A stretch of DNA of 64,000 nt from Chloroflexota bacterium. GTDB taxonomy: Bacteria > Chloroflexota > Dehalococcoidia > Lucifugimonadales > GCA-002723415. A program made the position numbers and the translations under genes. The stretch is from assembly GCA_002721445.1 (NCBI GenBank), contig PBKN01000012.1, forward strand, positions 8,362 to 72,361. The letters run 5' to 3'. Under the pieces are notes generated by a model. The model did no database searches and was not told the origin of the DNA. It saw nothing but the letters and a program-made list of their open reading frames with translations. Below, piece after piece: positions 10,954 through 21,771 of this stretch (position 1 is the stretch's first letter; each line of letters opens with the position of its first letter).

Positions 10954-13652
10954 CTATTAATTGTTTTACTAAGTAAATCCTCAATCCTATTTTTACGTTC
11001 AATAATGGAATTTAACCTTTCCGTCTCTTTATCAATTATATCTTGAGGTGCATTAGATAAAAATCTATTATCATTGAGTCTTTTTGACAACCCATCTTCT
11101 CTAGAAATTAGTTCTTGTTTTTCAAATTCTAATCTTTTAATTTCGATATTTATATCTACTTCGTTAGGTAATACAATATTTAAAACACAATTAGATAAAA
11201 CTACAGAAACCGTTTTTTCTTTGGACACACTAGAAAATTCTTCATAATTCATAAATGATCTAATTTTGCCCATATGAATTATTGTTTCTTTTTCTTTAAT
11301 AATATTTTCATTGAATTCATCTGACTTAAAATAGACATCTAAATTATTAATATTTTGAATACGAAAATCTACTTTTATATTTCTTATAGCTCTAATTATT
11401 TCAATTACTATCGTAATATTTTTTACAGAATCATTATCTGTTAATTTATTTTCTGTTTCTGAAAAAATAGGATATGAGCTGATTATTAGAGGTTTATGTT
11501 CTTGTGAATCAATTGATTTCATCAGTAATTGCCATATTTTTTCTGTTATAAAAGGCATAAAAGGATGCAATAATCGTATAACACCTTGTAGAATGTATAC
11601 TAAAGTAAGGACAGCATCTTTTTCTCCAGGGTTTCTAAGTCGAATTTTAATCATCTCAAGGTACCAATCACAAAATTCAGTCCAGAAAAAATCATAAATT
11701 GACTTTTGAGCTTCACTAAATTGGTAACTGTTGAAAAACCTATCAACTTCTTTAATAGTTTCTAAATATCTAGTTATTATCCACCTGTCATGCGTATTAG
11801 AAGGATTAACAGAGCAAAAATCATAATTCAAATCAAATTTATTTACATTACTCATGACAAATCTGGAAGCATTCCAGAGTTTATTTGCAAAATTACGAGC
11901 AGATTCCATTTTCTGCTCATTTAACCTCATATCATTACCAGGTGAAGTCCCAGTAGTTAATGCAAACCTCAAAGCATCAGCACCATAAGTATCTATTAAG
12001 TCTAAGGGATCCATAACATTCCCTTTAGATTTACTCATTTTAATTCCATCAGGGTCGCGGACTAATCCATGTAGATATATATTCTGAAAAGGAATTTCCC
12101 CTGTGTTTTCAATACCTAACATAATCATTCTAGCAACCCAAAAGAATAAAATATCATGACCTGTTTCCATCACTGAAGATGGATAAAAATAATCTAAATC
12201 CTCTGTATTTTCTGGCCAGCCCAAAGTCGAGTGCGTCCATAATCCTGAACTAAACCATGTGTCTAAGACATCTGGATCTTGATATATATTATTTGAATAA
12301 CATTTATTACAATTTTCTAAATCTTCTGTTTGAACAATAGTTGAATTACAATCATTACAATTCCATACAGGGATTCGATGGCCCCACCATAGCTGTCTAC
12401 TAATACACCAATCTCTAATATTATCCATCCAATTAAAATATATCTTTGAAAACCTATCCGGAATTATTTTTATTGAACCATTAGTTATTACTTCTCTAGC
12501 CTTTTTTGCTAAAGGCTCAACTTTAACATACCACTGTTTGCTAATTATAGGTTCTACAATTTCATCACACCTATCACAATGCCCAACCGAATGATTAATA
12601 TCTTCAATCTTTAACAAGTTACCTAATTTTTCTAATTCCTTTACAATTTCATTTCTTGAATCTTTTATTGATAAACCAGCAAAATCGCCTGCATTATCAT
12701 TAAGTTTTCCATTTGCATCAAACAAATTTATAAATTCAAGTTTATGTTTTTCTCCAAGAATAAAATCATTTGGATCATGCCCTGGAGTAACCTTTAATGC
12801 TCCTGTACCATATTCAATATCTACTATAGAATCTTTAATAATATTCAGCCTTCTACCCACTATAGGTAAAATCACATTTTTGCCAATATATTTTTTATAT
12901 CTTTCGTCTTTAGAATTAACTGCGACTGCAGTATCTCCTAACATAGTTTCAGGTCGAGTTGTTGCAATAACTATATGTGAATCAGAATTCTCAATATCAT
13001 ATTTAATATAATATAAATTGCCTTTTTCATCTTTATATTTAACTTCCAGATCAGATAAGGCAGTAAGACAACGAGGACACCAGTTGGTAATTGAGTCTTT
13101 TCTGTAAATTAAACCTTTATTATATAGATTCACAAAAGTATTTCGAACTGCTTTAGAGGGTACAGAATCTAATGTAAAACTTTTCCTACTCCAGTCACAT
13201 GAAGCACCTAAACGTTTAAATTGATCATAAATTCTATCTCCATAGAGTTCAACCCATTCCCACACTTTATTTATAAAAAGTTCTCTCCCTAGATCATGTC
13301 TAGTAATACCTTGAGATGCTAATGATTTTTCCACTACAACTTGAGTAGCTATACCAGCATGATCAGATCCTGGCAAAAACAATGTAGGATCCCCTTTCAT
13401 CCTATGCCACCTTACCATTAAATCTTCAAGCGCTACAGTTAATGCATGACCAATATGTAATTCACCTGTTACATTAGGAGGAGGCATAATAATTACAAAA
13501 GGTTTTCTAGTTTTATCAATTTTAGGCGTAAAGTGTCCAGAACTCATCCAATATTCATAAATATTTAATTCAACTAATTTTGAATCGTAAACTTTATCCA
13601 TAATAAATTCAGAATTTAATTCGCTACTTGTCATATATTTATCTAACCTCAC
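10950..13652 (-). CDS. valS: Valyl-tRNA synthetase
   Basis: PPPNVTGELHIGHAL, DPDVLDTWFSSGLWTHSTLGWP, KMSKSKGNVMDPLDLI, C-terminal coiled coil. Confidence 0.98.
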   Translation of the reverse strand: MRLDKYMTSSELNSEFIMDKVYDSKLVELNIYEYWMSSGHFTPKIDKTRKPFVIIMPPPNVTGELHIGHALTVALEDLMVRWHRMKGDPTLFLPGSDHAGIATQVVVEKSLASQGITRHDLGRELFINKVWEWVELYGDRIYDQFKRLGASCDWSRKSFTLDSVPSKAVRNTFVNLYNKGLIYRKDSITNWCPRCLTALSDLEVKYKDEKGNLYYIKYDIENSDSHIVIATTRPETMLGDTAVAVNSKDERYKKYIGKNVILPIVGRRLNIIKDSIVDIEYGTGALKVTPGHDPNDFILGEKHKLEFINLFDANGKLNDNAGDFAGLSIKDSRNEIVKELEKLGNLLKIEDINHSVGHCDRCDEIVEPIISKQWYVKVEPLAKKAREVITNGSIKIIPDRFSKIYFNWMDNIRDWCISRQLWWGHRIPVWNCNDCNSTIVQTEDLENCNKCYSNNIYQDPDVLDTWFSSGLWTHSTLGWPENTEDLDYFYPSSVMETGHDILFFWVARMIMLGIENTGEIPFQNIYLHGLVRDPDGIKMSKSKGNVMDPLDLIDTYGADALRFALTTGTSPGNDMRLNEQKMESARNFANKLWNASRFVMSNVNKFDLNYDFCSVNPSNTHDRWIITRYLETIKEVDRFFNSYQFSEAQKSIYDFFWTEFCDWYLEMIKIRLRNPGEKDAVLTLVYILQGVIRLLHPFMPFITEKIWQLLMKSIDSQEHKPLIISSYPIFSETENKLTDNDSVKNITIVIEIIRAIRNIKVDFRIQNINNLDVYFKSDEFNENIIKEKETIIHMGKIRSFMNYEEFSSVSKEKTVSVVLSNCVLNIVLPNEVDINIEIKRLEFEKQELISREDGLSKRLNDNRFLSNAPQDIIDKETERLNSIIERKNRIEDLLSKTINS

Positions 13653-13796
13653 TAATTTATATACTATCAGAAAGATAACAAATAATTGAATATAATACTT
13701 ACGTTATTATTAATACATATCTTTAATAAATCTCATTATACAAGTATAATTTACTCAATAAATACTTAATAACATAATCATATAGAAGGTTTCCTT

Positions 13797-15983
13797 ATGG
13801 ATCTAATTAATATAGCCAACATAAAAGTATCACCTAATATTTACAAATTAATTAATGAAAAAATAATTCCCGGTACTAATGTGACAAAAGAAAAGTTTTG
13901 GAATGAATTTAGTTCAATTATTGAAGATTTAAGCAAAAAAAATGAAACATTGTTAAAAGAAAGAGACGAAATACAAGAAACTATAGATAATTGGCACCTC
14001 GACAACAAAAATAGATCCTTTGATATAGTTGAATATAAGAAATTTCTAGAAGAAATAAACTATTTAATTAAAAAATGCCCAGATTTTAAAATAAATACAA
14101 AAAACATTGATAAAGAAATATCTATGATTGCTGGTCCTCAATTAGTAGTTCCTGTAGATAATGCTAGATTTGCAATTAATGCTGCAAATGCTAGATGGTG
14201 GAGTTTATATGATTCTCTTTATGGAACTGATGCTATACCTGAAGAATACGGAGCTACAAAAACTACGGCATATAATATACATAGAGGATCAAAAGTAGTA
14301 TCTTTTTCAAATATATTTTTAGATAATATTTTTTCTTTAGAAAATTCTAGTTATTCAAGTGTAAGTAGCTTCCAAATAGATAAAACTGATAATAAATACA
14401 ACTTAATAGCAATATTAACTGATAACACTAAGACACAATTAACTGATCCATCTAAATTTGTAGGATATACAAAAAAAGCTGATGGAGAATTAACGTCAAT
14501 ATTGTTAAAAAATAATGGATTACATATTGAAATACAATTAAACAGAGAAGATTCAATAGGAAAGTTACATTCTGCAGGAATTAAAGATATCTTAATTGAA
14601 TCAGCAATTACTGCAATTCAAGATTTCGAAGATTCTGTATCAGCAGTAGATGAAGAAGATAAAATTAGTGCATATACTAATTGGACTGATTTAATGAAAG
14701 GAACTATAACTTCTACCTTTACAAAAGATGGATCTGAATTAGTACGAACATTAAACCCAGATAAAATTTTTATATCCCAAGAAAACGAAAATGATACCTA
14801 TATAATATCTGGAAGAAGTTTAATTCTAGCAAGAAATGTAGGTATACATATGTATACTGACATTATATTAACAAAAGAAAATGAAAAAACTCCTGAAGGT
14901 TTCTTAGATATCATGGTAACTGCATTGGCATCTATGCATGATTTAAACGGTAATTCAAAATATTCTAATAGTCCAAATAAAAGCATATATATAGTTAAAC
15001 CAAAAATGCATGGGCCAAAAGAAGTTGCAGCAACGGTTGAACTATTTTCCAGAGTAGAAAAAGCATTAAATTTAAATAATAATACAATTAAAATTGGAAT
15101 AATGGATGAAGAAAGACGCACTTCTGTTAATCTCCAACAATGTATATATGAAGCAAAAGATAGAATTATCTTTATAAATACTGGTTTCTTAGATAGAACG
15201 GGAGATGAAATTCATACTAGCATGAAAGCTGGAGCATTTCTACCGAAATCTGAAATCAAAAATCAACCATGGATACAAGCTTACGAAGATCAAAATGTCG
15301 ACATTGCCATTAAAAGTGGATTTATAGGTAAAGCTCAAATTGGCAAAGGAATGTGGGCTATGCCTGATGAAATGAAAGAGATGCTAAACAATAAAATAGG
15401 TCATCCAAAATCTGGAGCCAGTACTGCATGGGTCCCTTCTCCAACTGCTGCAGCCTTACATGCACTTCATTATCATTACGTAAATGTAAAAGATATACAA
15501 GATCAATTATTAAATAGAGAACCTTCTGATATCTTAAATTTATTAACTCCTCCTCTAATGTCTGAAAAATTATTAGAGGAATCTCAAATTCAAAAAGAAT
15601 TAGAAAATAACGCACAAAGTATTTTAGGGTATGTTTCTAGATGGATTGGTCAAGGCATAGGATGTTCTAAAGTATTAGATATAGATAATGTTGCATTAAT
15701 GGAAGATAGAGCTACTTTAAGAATTTCAAGCCAACATATTGCAAACTGGATTTTGCATGATATCACTAACAAAGAAGATGTAATATCAATATTTAAACGA
15801 ATGGCTAAAATTGTTGACATACAAAATAAAGATGATGTTAATTATACAAAAATGTCTGATAATTATGAAAAAAGTATAGAATTCCAAGCAGCACTCGAAT
15901 TAGTATTCAATGGAGTTGATACTCCAAATGGATACACAGAAGATATACTACATAGTTATAGAAGAAAATCTAAGAATCCTTAG
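13797..15983 (+). CDS. glcB: Malate synthase G
   Basis: 728 aa; NARWWSLYDSLYGTDAIPE, VKPKMHGPKEVAATVELFSRVE, IGIMDEERRTSVNLQQCI, GAFLPKSEIKNQPWIQAYEDQNVDIAI. Confidence 0.95.
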   Translation: MDLINIANIKVSPNIYKLINEKIIPGTNVTKEKFWNEFSSIIEDLSKKNETLLKERDEIQETIDNWHLDNKNRSFDIVEYKKFLEEINYLIKKCPDFKINTKNIDKEISMIAGPQLVVPVDNARFAINAANARWWSLYDSLYGTDAIPEEYGATKTTAYNIHRGSKVVSFSNIFLDNIFSLENSSYSSVSSFQIDKTDNKYNLIAILTDNTKTQLTDPSKFVGYTKKADGELTSILLKNNGLHIEIQLNREDSIGKLHSAGIKDILIESAITAIQDFEDSVSAVDEEDKISAYTNWTDLMKGTITSTFTKDGSELVRTLNPDKIFISQENENDTYIISGRSLILARNVGIHMYTDIILTKENEKTPEGFLDIMVTALASMHDLNGNSKYSNSPNKSIYIVKPKMHGPKEVAATVELFSRVEKALNLNNNTIKIGIMDEERRTSVNLQQCIYEAKDRIIFINTGFLDRTGDEIHTSMKAGAFLPKSEIKNQPWIQAYEDQNVDIAIKSGFIGKAQIGKGMWAMPDEMKEMLNNKIGHPKSGASTAWVPSPTAAALHALHYHYVNVKDIQDQLLNREPSDILNLLTPPLMSEKLLEESQIQKELENNAQSILGYVSRWIGQGIGCSKVLDIDNVALMEDRATLRISSQHIANWILHDITNKEDVISIFKRMAKIVDIQNKDDVNYTKMSDNYEKSIEFQAALELVFNGVDTPNGYTEDILHSYRRKSKNP

Positions 15984-16359
15984 ATCTATATAAACTAACA
16001 GCAGCATAAGAAATTTCACTATCTTTAATTGGTGGATTTAGTTTTCTGACTTCAACATGTACTGATTTAACTTTAGGAATTAAAAATAATTCTGCTATGA
16101 TTTTATCAGCTATTGTTTCTATCATATTATAGTTAGAAAACATAACTATATCTTTAACTATATTAAATATATTACTATAATCTACTGTGTCATCAATCAA
16201 GTCTGATTTAAAAACTTTATCCAATAAACATTCCATCTCTAAATTTATTGAAAAGTTCTGACCTAACACCTTTTCTTCTTCAGTTAATCCGTGATGAGCA
16301 AAAAATTTAATATCATTTAATATAATTTTAGATATTTCTTTCAAATTATTTATCCTCAA
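15970..16359 (-). CDS. folB: Dihydroneopterin aldolase (FolB-like)
   Basis: LNDIKFFAHHGLTEEEKVLGQNFSINLE, DTVDYSNIFNIVKD, VEVRKLNPPI. Confidence 0.88.
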   Translation of the reverse strand: MRINNLKEISKIILNDIKFFAHHGLTEEEKVLGQNFSINLEMECLLDKVFKSDLIDDTVDYSNIFNIVKDIVMFSNYNMIETIADKIIAELFLIPKVKSVHVEVRKLNPPIKDSEISYAAVSLYRSKDS

Positions 16360-17212
16360 GCCTTTTTATACTTGCTAATATTTTTTTTGCTCTTTCAACA
16401 ACTGGAATATCAATCATTGAACCATTTATAGACGTAGAACCTCGACCATTTATTTGAGCTTCTTTAAAAGATTTAATTATATTCCTAGCATTTTCAATTT
16501 CATCTATAGATGGAGAAAATTTCTCGTTAATAATTTCAATTTGTGAAGGATGAATAGCAAATTTACCTAAAAACCCTAATCTTTTAGCAATAAATATATC
16601 TCTTTTTAAACCATCTATGTCTTTAAACTTTGTATAAGGAGTATCAAAAGCTTCTATACCTGCAGATTTCGCAGCAATAACTATTAACTTACGAGGATAA
16701 TCTATTTCAAATCCATCATCTGAACGCATAATACCCATATCATTAGTAAAATCTTCTGCACCAAATGCAACCGATAAAATTCGAGGAGAACTAGAACATA
16801 CTTTAAAAGCATTTGTTATACCCAAAGCCGTTTCTATCCAAGGTATAATTTTAATACTTCCTTTTTCAATTTTATTAATTTTTTCATATTTATCTAATAT
16901 ATTTGAAATAAATTTTATATCGTCATCAGAACTAACTTTACCAACAGAGATTCCATAAATTTTATGCTCTAATACCGCACGAATATCTTCTTCAAAAAAC
17001 CCTGAATTAATTGGATTAACTCTAGGTATAATTATATTATTATTAATTGTCATATTAGGTAAAAACTCAGAAATAATATTTCTAGCTTCATCTTTTCTAT
17101 CAAAAGGGACAGAATCTTCCATATCAGGGATGTATACATCTGGAAAAAAAGTTAAAGACTTTTCTAACATACTTAATCTATTCCCTGGAATAAACAATAA
17201 ACTTCTAAACAT
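16346..17212 (-). CDS. CitE/HpcH-HpaI family lyase (citrate lyase beta/malyl-CoA lyase-like)
   Basis: RSLLFIPGNRLSMLEKS, DVYIPDMEDSVPFDRKDEAR, IPWIETALGI, FGAEDFTNDMG, GKFAIHPSQIEIINE. Confidence 0.88.
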   Translation of the reverse strand: MFRSLLFIPGNRLSMLEKSLTFFPDVYIPDMEDSVPFDRKDEARNIISEFLPNMTINNNIIIPRVNPINSGFFEEDIRAVLEHKIYGISVGKVSSDDDIKFISNILDKYEKINKIEKGSIKIIPWIETALGITNAFKVCSSSPRILSVAFGAEDFTNDMGIMRSDDGFEIDYPRKLIVIAAKSAGIEAFDTPYTKFKDIDGLKRDIFIAKRLGFLGKFAIHPSQIEIINEKFSPSIDEIENARNIIKSFKEAQINGRGSTSINGSMIDIPVVERAKKILASIKRLEDK

Positions 17213-17303
17213 ATATATCCTTTACTGTAAATGGTATAGTAAAAATTAACATTTTTAATTTAAAACAATTAAAAGATGAAATCAAACTATAAATTAATCA
17301 AAT

Positions 17304-18104
17304 ATGAGTAAATATAATAATAATAATAATAAATTAAACAAAGTTCCACGTATAGAAATTATAGGAATTTCAGGAATACCTGAAATTAAATACAAAGATA
17401 ATTTAGCAAGAATTATAGTATCCAAGTCAATTGAACAAGGAACTCCAATTGAAGAAAACGATATAATAATAATAACTCAAAAAATTGTTTCCAAATCAGA
17501 AGGCCAAATAAAGAATTTAATCAATATTAAACCTTCAGAATATTCGATAAAATTAGCATCCAAAATAAATAAAGATCCAAGACTAATTGAATTAATAATA
17601 AATGAAAGTAAGTCAATAATTCGTATAGATGAAAAAAGAAGCATATTAATAACTGAAACTAAACAAGGATTTATATGTGCAAATGCAGGAATAGATAATT
17701 CAAATATACCCGGCAGTAATAATGTATCACTATTACCAAAAGATCCAGATAAATCAGCAAATAATATATGTTCGGATATTTCTTATTTAATTAACCAAAC
17801 TCCTATATCTGTAATAATTACTGATACTTTTGGTAGAGCATGGAGAAAAGGTCAAGTAAATTTTGCAATAGGTACTTCAAGAATAGAACCTTTACTAGAT
17901 TATATGAATGAAAAGGATTCACAAGGAAAAATACTTAAAAGCACAAATATTTGTATAGCTGATGAATTAGCTTCAGCTGCTGAGTTAGTTAATTTTAAAT
18001 CAAATCAAATACCTGTTTCTATAATTAGAAACTACCCATATTCAATATCTTCTTCAGGAGCTAAAGAAATAATAAGGGCAAAAAATGAAGATCTATTTAG
18101 ATAA
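17304..18104 (+). CDS. cofE: Coenzyme F420-0:L-glutamate ligase (CofE)
   Basis: ENDIIIITQKIVSKSEGQI, LITETKQGFICANAGIDNSNIPG, TDTFGRAWRKGQVNFAIG, ADELASAAELV. Confidence 0.92.
   Translation: MSKYNNNNNKLNKVPRIEIIGISGIPEIKYKDNLARIIVSKSIEQGTPIEENDIIIITQKIVSKSEGQIKNLINIKPSEYSIKLASKINKDPRLIELIINESKSIIRIDEKRSILITETKQGFICANAGIDNSNIPGSNNVSLLPKDPDKSANNICSDISYLINQTPISVIITDTFGRAWRKGQVNFAIGTSRIEPLLDYMNEKDSQGKILKSTNICIADELASAAELVNFKSNQIPVSIIRNYPYSISSSGAKEIIRAKNEDLFR
17314..17332 (+). repeat. (AAT)n trinucleotide tract at the 5' end of cofE
   Basis: Read directly: ATAATAATAATAATAATAA, encodes a poly-Asn run (N5). Confidence 0.9.
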
Positions 18105-18137
18105 TAATATAATCCCTGATTAATTTAAATTAAAATA

Positions 18138-19238
18138 TTATTCGATAGCATCGCTGATTATATCTCCCATTTTACTAGTAGATATTGCTTCATATCCACT
18201 AGATACAATATCTTTAGTTCGATAACCCAATGATAATGAAGAATTTATAGATTTATAAATTGCATCAGCCTCTACCTTTAATCCAAAAGAATAATTTAAC
18301 ATTAAAGCAACACTTAATATCATTCCTATCGGGTTAGCTATCCCCTTGCCTGCTATATCTGGAGCTGTTCCATGTATTGGCTCATATAATGAAGGTTTAA
18401 TTTTTTTGGAATTACTATTATTATTCAAAGAAGATAAACTAGCAGACGGAATCATACCCATAGATCCCGATAATACTGAAGCTTCATCAGTTAATATATC
18501 ACCAAAAGTATTCTCTGAAACAATTACATCAAATTTATAAGGATTTTGAATTATCTGCATAGATGCATTATCAACAAGAATATGCTCTAAATTTACATTA
18601 GGGTAATCTTTAGACATCTCTGTAGCAATTTGCCTCCACAACCTTCCAGTTTCTAAAACATTTGCTTTATCTATAGATGCTAATTTTTGGTTTCTAGATG
18701 ATGCAAGTTGAAAAGCAACTTTTAAAATTCTTTTTATTTCTGACTCTGAATAAATTAAAGTATCTACTGCTTTACGACCTTTGGCAGTTACCCAACGTTT
18801 TTTTGGTGACCCGAAATAAAGTCCTCCAGTTAATTCTCTAACAACAATGATATCAACTTCATTCAATAGATCTGATTTAATAGGACTTGAATCAATCAAA
18901 GATTTAAAAATTTTAATAGGTCGTAAATTTGCAAACAAATTTAATGATTTTCTCAAAAACAAAATACCATCTTCAGGTCTTAATTCTGCATTAGGATCAT
19001 CCCACTTAGGGCCACCAACTGCACCAAATAATATAGCATCAGATTTATCTATTACTGAAAGTGTTTCTTTAGGAATCGGATTAGCATATTTATCAATTGC
19101 TGCACCTCCTATAATTCCATCAAGTAATTCAAAAGAATGGTCATATTTTTTCTCAATAACTTTTAAAATTTTTACTGCTTCAGATATAACCTCTGGGCCT
19201 ATTCCATCTCCTGGTAATATTGCAATTTTATAATCCAT
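18138..19238 (-). CDS. leuB: 3-isopropylmalate dehydrogenase
   Basis: KIAILPGDGIGPEV, GAVGGPKWD, RELTGGLYFG, YEPIHGTAPDIAGKGIANPIGMILS. Confidence 0.95.
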   Translation of the reverse strand: MDYKIAILPGDGIGPEVISEAVKILKVIEKKYDHSFELLDGIIGGAAIDKYANPIPKETLSVIDKSDAILFGAVGGPKWDDPNAELRPEDGILFLRKSLNLFANLRPIKIFKSLIDSSPIKSDLLNEVDIIVVRELTGGLYFGSPKKRWVTAKGRKAVDTLIYSESEIKRILKVAFQLASSRNQKLASIDKANVLETGRLWRQIATEMSKDYPNVNLEHILVDNASMQIIQNPYKFDVIVSENTFGDILTDEASVLSGSMGMIPSASLSSLNNNSNSKKIKPSLYEPIHGTAPDIAGKGIANPIGMILSVALMLNYSFGLKVEADAIYKSINSSLSLGYRTKDIVSSGYEAISTSKMGDIISDAIE

Positions 19239-19264
19239 TTAAACTCCTATTTATATAATTAAAA

Positions 19265-21736
19265 TCAATTAACTACACAATTAATTAATTTATCTTTTAT
19301 ATATATAATTTTTTTTATTTCTTTACCTGAAATATATTGATTAACTCGTTCTCTTTGTAATGCAATTTCTTTTATTTCACTTTCATTTAAATCAGATGTA
19401 ACATTTATTTTATCTCTAAATTTCCCATTAACCTGTATAATTATAGTTTTAGTATCTAATTCTAAATGCTTTAAACTCCATTGAGGCCATTTTTCATTAT
19501 GGACACTATATTTATATCCTTGTAAATACCATAGCTCTTCTGCCATATGAGGGGCAAATGGAGCAAGTAAAATAATTAATTTATTTTTAATATCATTCCA
19601 AATAACCTTGTTAATTGATTTTGTATTTAACTTTTCATTTATCCAATTGGTTAATTCCATTAAAGAAGCTATAGATGTATTAAATTTAAACTTTTCTAAA
19701 TCTTCTGTGACTTTACGAATAGTCTTATTAATTATATATGAAGCTTCTTTTTCTAATTTACTATCTTGATTATTAATAATAAGATTACTTTTATCTTTAT
19801 TAAATATTTCCCATACCCTATTAATCCAGCGAGACATACCTCTAAGTCCACTATCTGACCACTCTCCTCCTTGATCCCAAGGCCCTATAAACATTAAATA
19901 ACACCTGACCACATCTGCACCAACTTGATTAACATATTCATCCGGTGAAACTACGTTGCCTTTTGATTTACTCATTTTTTGACTGCCCGAAATTATATGA
20001 CCTTGGTTAAAAAGTTTTTTAAATGGTTCATCAATATTAATCAAACCTAAATCTCTTAAAGCTTTAACAAAAAATCTAGAATACAATAGGTGCATAACTG
20101 CATGCTCTGCACCACCTGTGTATTGATCAACTGAACCCCATTCTAATATTTTATTTCTATCAAAAATACCTTCTTTATAATTTGGACTTAAGTATCTGAA
20201 AAAATACCATGAAGAATCTACAAAAGTATCCATAGTATCAGTTTCTCTTTTTGCTTCTAAATTACAATTAGGACAAATAGTATTTACAAAATCTAAACTT
20301 GTAGATAATGGAGATTCTCCTGTAGGTAAAAATTCAGCATTTTCAGGTAATAGTACAGGCAAATCTTTTTCAGGCACAGGTACAATCCCACAATCATTAC
20401 AATAAATAATAGGAATTGGAGTACCCCAATATCTTTGTCTAGAAATCAACCAATCACGCATCTTATAATTTATAGACCTTTTTCCATATCCTCTATTTTC
20501 AATATAATCTGCAATTTTATTTTTAGCTTCTATGTTTGACAAGCCATCAAATTTACCTGAATTAACCATAACTCCATCAGACAAGTATGCTTCCAAAATA
20601 TCTTTATTTTTGCTTGTAGGATCTTGAACCACCAGCTTAATCTCTAATTTATATTTTTTCGCAAATTTATAATCTCTTTGATCATGAGATGGGACACCCA
20701 TAACTACACCAGTTCCATAGCTTAAAAGAACATAATCTGCTACAAAAATTGGTATACGGTCTCCATTTAATCTATTCGTACAATAAGAACCAGTAAATAC
20801 ACCAGTTTTATCTTTATCAGTAGATAATCGTTCTATTTCAGAAGATTTACTTGCTTCATAAATATATGACTTTACTTGATCAATATTATCTGAAGTGGTC
20901 AATTGAGTTACTAAAGGATGCTCTGGCGCTATAACTATAAAAGTGACTCCAAATATAGTATCTATTCTAGTAGTAAATGTATTTATAAATTTTTGGTCTA
21001 GTGAATATTCCGAAATATCAAAACTTATCTCAACTCCTTCACTCTTCCCAATCCAATTCATCTGCATTGATTTAATTTTTTCTGGCCAATCAATTTTAGA
21101 TTGATCTAAAAGCTCATCAGCATATTGAGTAATTTTAAAAAACCACTGATTTAAATCACGTTTTATAACTTCAGTATCGCATCTTTCACATAAACCACTT
21201 TCCAAAACTTGTTCATTAGCTAAAACTGTATTACATGAATCACACCAATTAGCTGGAGCATAAGATCTGTAAGCTAATCCTGATTTATACAGCTGCAAAA
21301 AGACCCATTGATTCCATTTATAATAATCAGGTTTACAAGTAACTATTTCTCTATCCCAATCATAAATAGTACCCATTGATTTCAATTGTCGACGCATATT
21401 TTCTATATTTTGCATTGTCCATTTATATGGATGTATACCATGCTTTATCGCAGCATTTTCAGCAGGTAATCCAAAAGCATCGAAACCCATAGGATGAAGA
21501 ACATTATATCCTTGCATTCTGCGAAATCTTGCACGTGTATCAGAAGGTGTCATAGCATACCAATGCCCAATATGCATATCGCCTGAAGGATATGGATACA
21601 TAGTTAATTCATACCATTTAGGTTTATCGTCTTTATCGTTGACTTTATATAATTTATCTTTAAACCATTTATTTTGCCATTTTTGTTCAATTTTTTGATG
21701 AGGATAACGATCGGCAAATAAATCGGATGATTCCAT
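19265..21736 (-). CDS. leuS: Leucyl-tRNA synthetase
   Basis: MYPYPSGDMHIGHWYAMTPSD, GFDAFGLPAENAAI, MSKSKGNVVSPDEYV, DSSWYFFRYLSP. Confidence 0.98.
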   Translation of the reverse strand: MESSDLFADRYPHQKIEQKWQNKWFKDKLYKVNDKDDKPKWYELTMYPYPSGDMHIGHWYAMTPSDTRARFRRMQGYNVLHPMGFDAFGLPAENAAIKHGIHPYKWTMQNIENMRRQLKSMGTIYDWDREIVTCKPDYYKWNQWVFLQLYKSGLAYRSYAPANWCDSCNTVLANEQVLESGLCERCDTEVIKRDLNQWFFKITQYADELLDQSKIDWPEKIKSMQMNWIGKSEGVEISFDISEYSLDQKFINTFTTRIDTIFGVTFIVIAPEHPLVTQLTTSDNIDQVKSYIYEASKSSEIERLSTDKDKTGVFTGSYCTNRLNGDRIPIFVADYVLLSYGTGVVMGVPSHDQRDYKFAKKYKLEIKLVVQDPTSKNKDILEAYLSDGVMVNSGKFDGLSNIEAKNKIADYIENRGYGKRSINYKMRDWLISRQRYWGTPIPIIYCNDCGIVPVPEKDLPVLLPENAEFLPTGESPLSTSLDFVNTICPNCNLEAKRETDTMDTFVDSSWYFFRYLSPNYKEGIFDRNKILEWGSVDQYTGGAEHAVMHLLYSRFFVKALRDLGLINIDEPFKKLFNQGHIISGSQKMSKSKGNVVSPDEYVNQVGADVVRCYLMFIGPWDQGGEWSDSGLRGMSRWINRVWEIFNKDKSNLIINNQDSKLEKEASYIINKTIRKVTEDLEKFKFNTSIASLMELTNWINEKLNTKSINKVIWNDIKNKLIILLAPFAPHMAEELWYLQGYKYSVHNEKWPQWSLKHLELDTKTIIIQVNGKFRDKINVTSDLNESEIKEIALQRERVNQYISGKEIKKIIYIKDKLINCVVN

Positions 21737-21771
21737 TATTTTTACTCCAACACTTTTAAAATATATAAAAA

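Noticed and set aside
13653-13796. T-box or other leader upstream of valS
   Set aside because: No T-box sequence or specifier stem found on either strand; only about 144 bp in a divergent gap.
14798-15121. 107-aa minus-strand ORF, and 15358..15615
   Set aside because: Antisense to malate synthase G with intact conserved motifs on the plus strand.
18847-19233. 128-aa plus-strand ORF, and 18346..18540
   Set aside because: Antisense to leuB; length explained by AT-rich codon shadowing.
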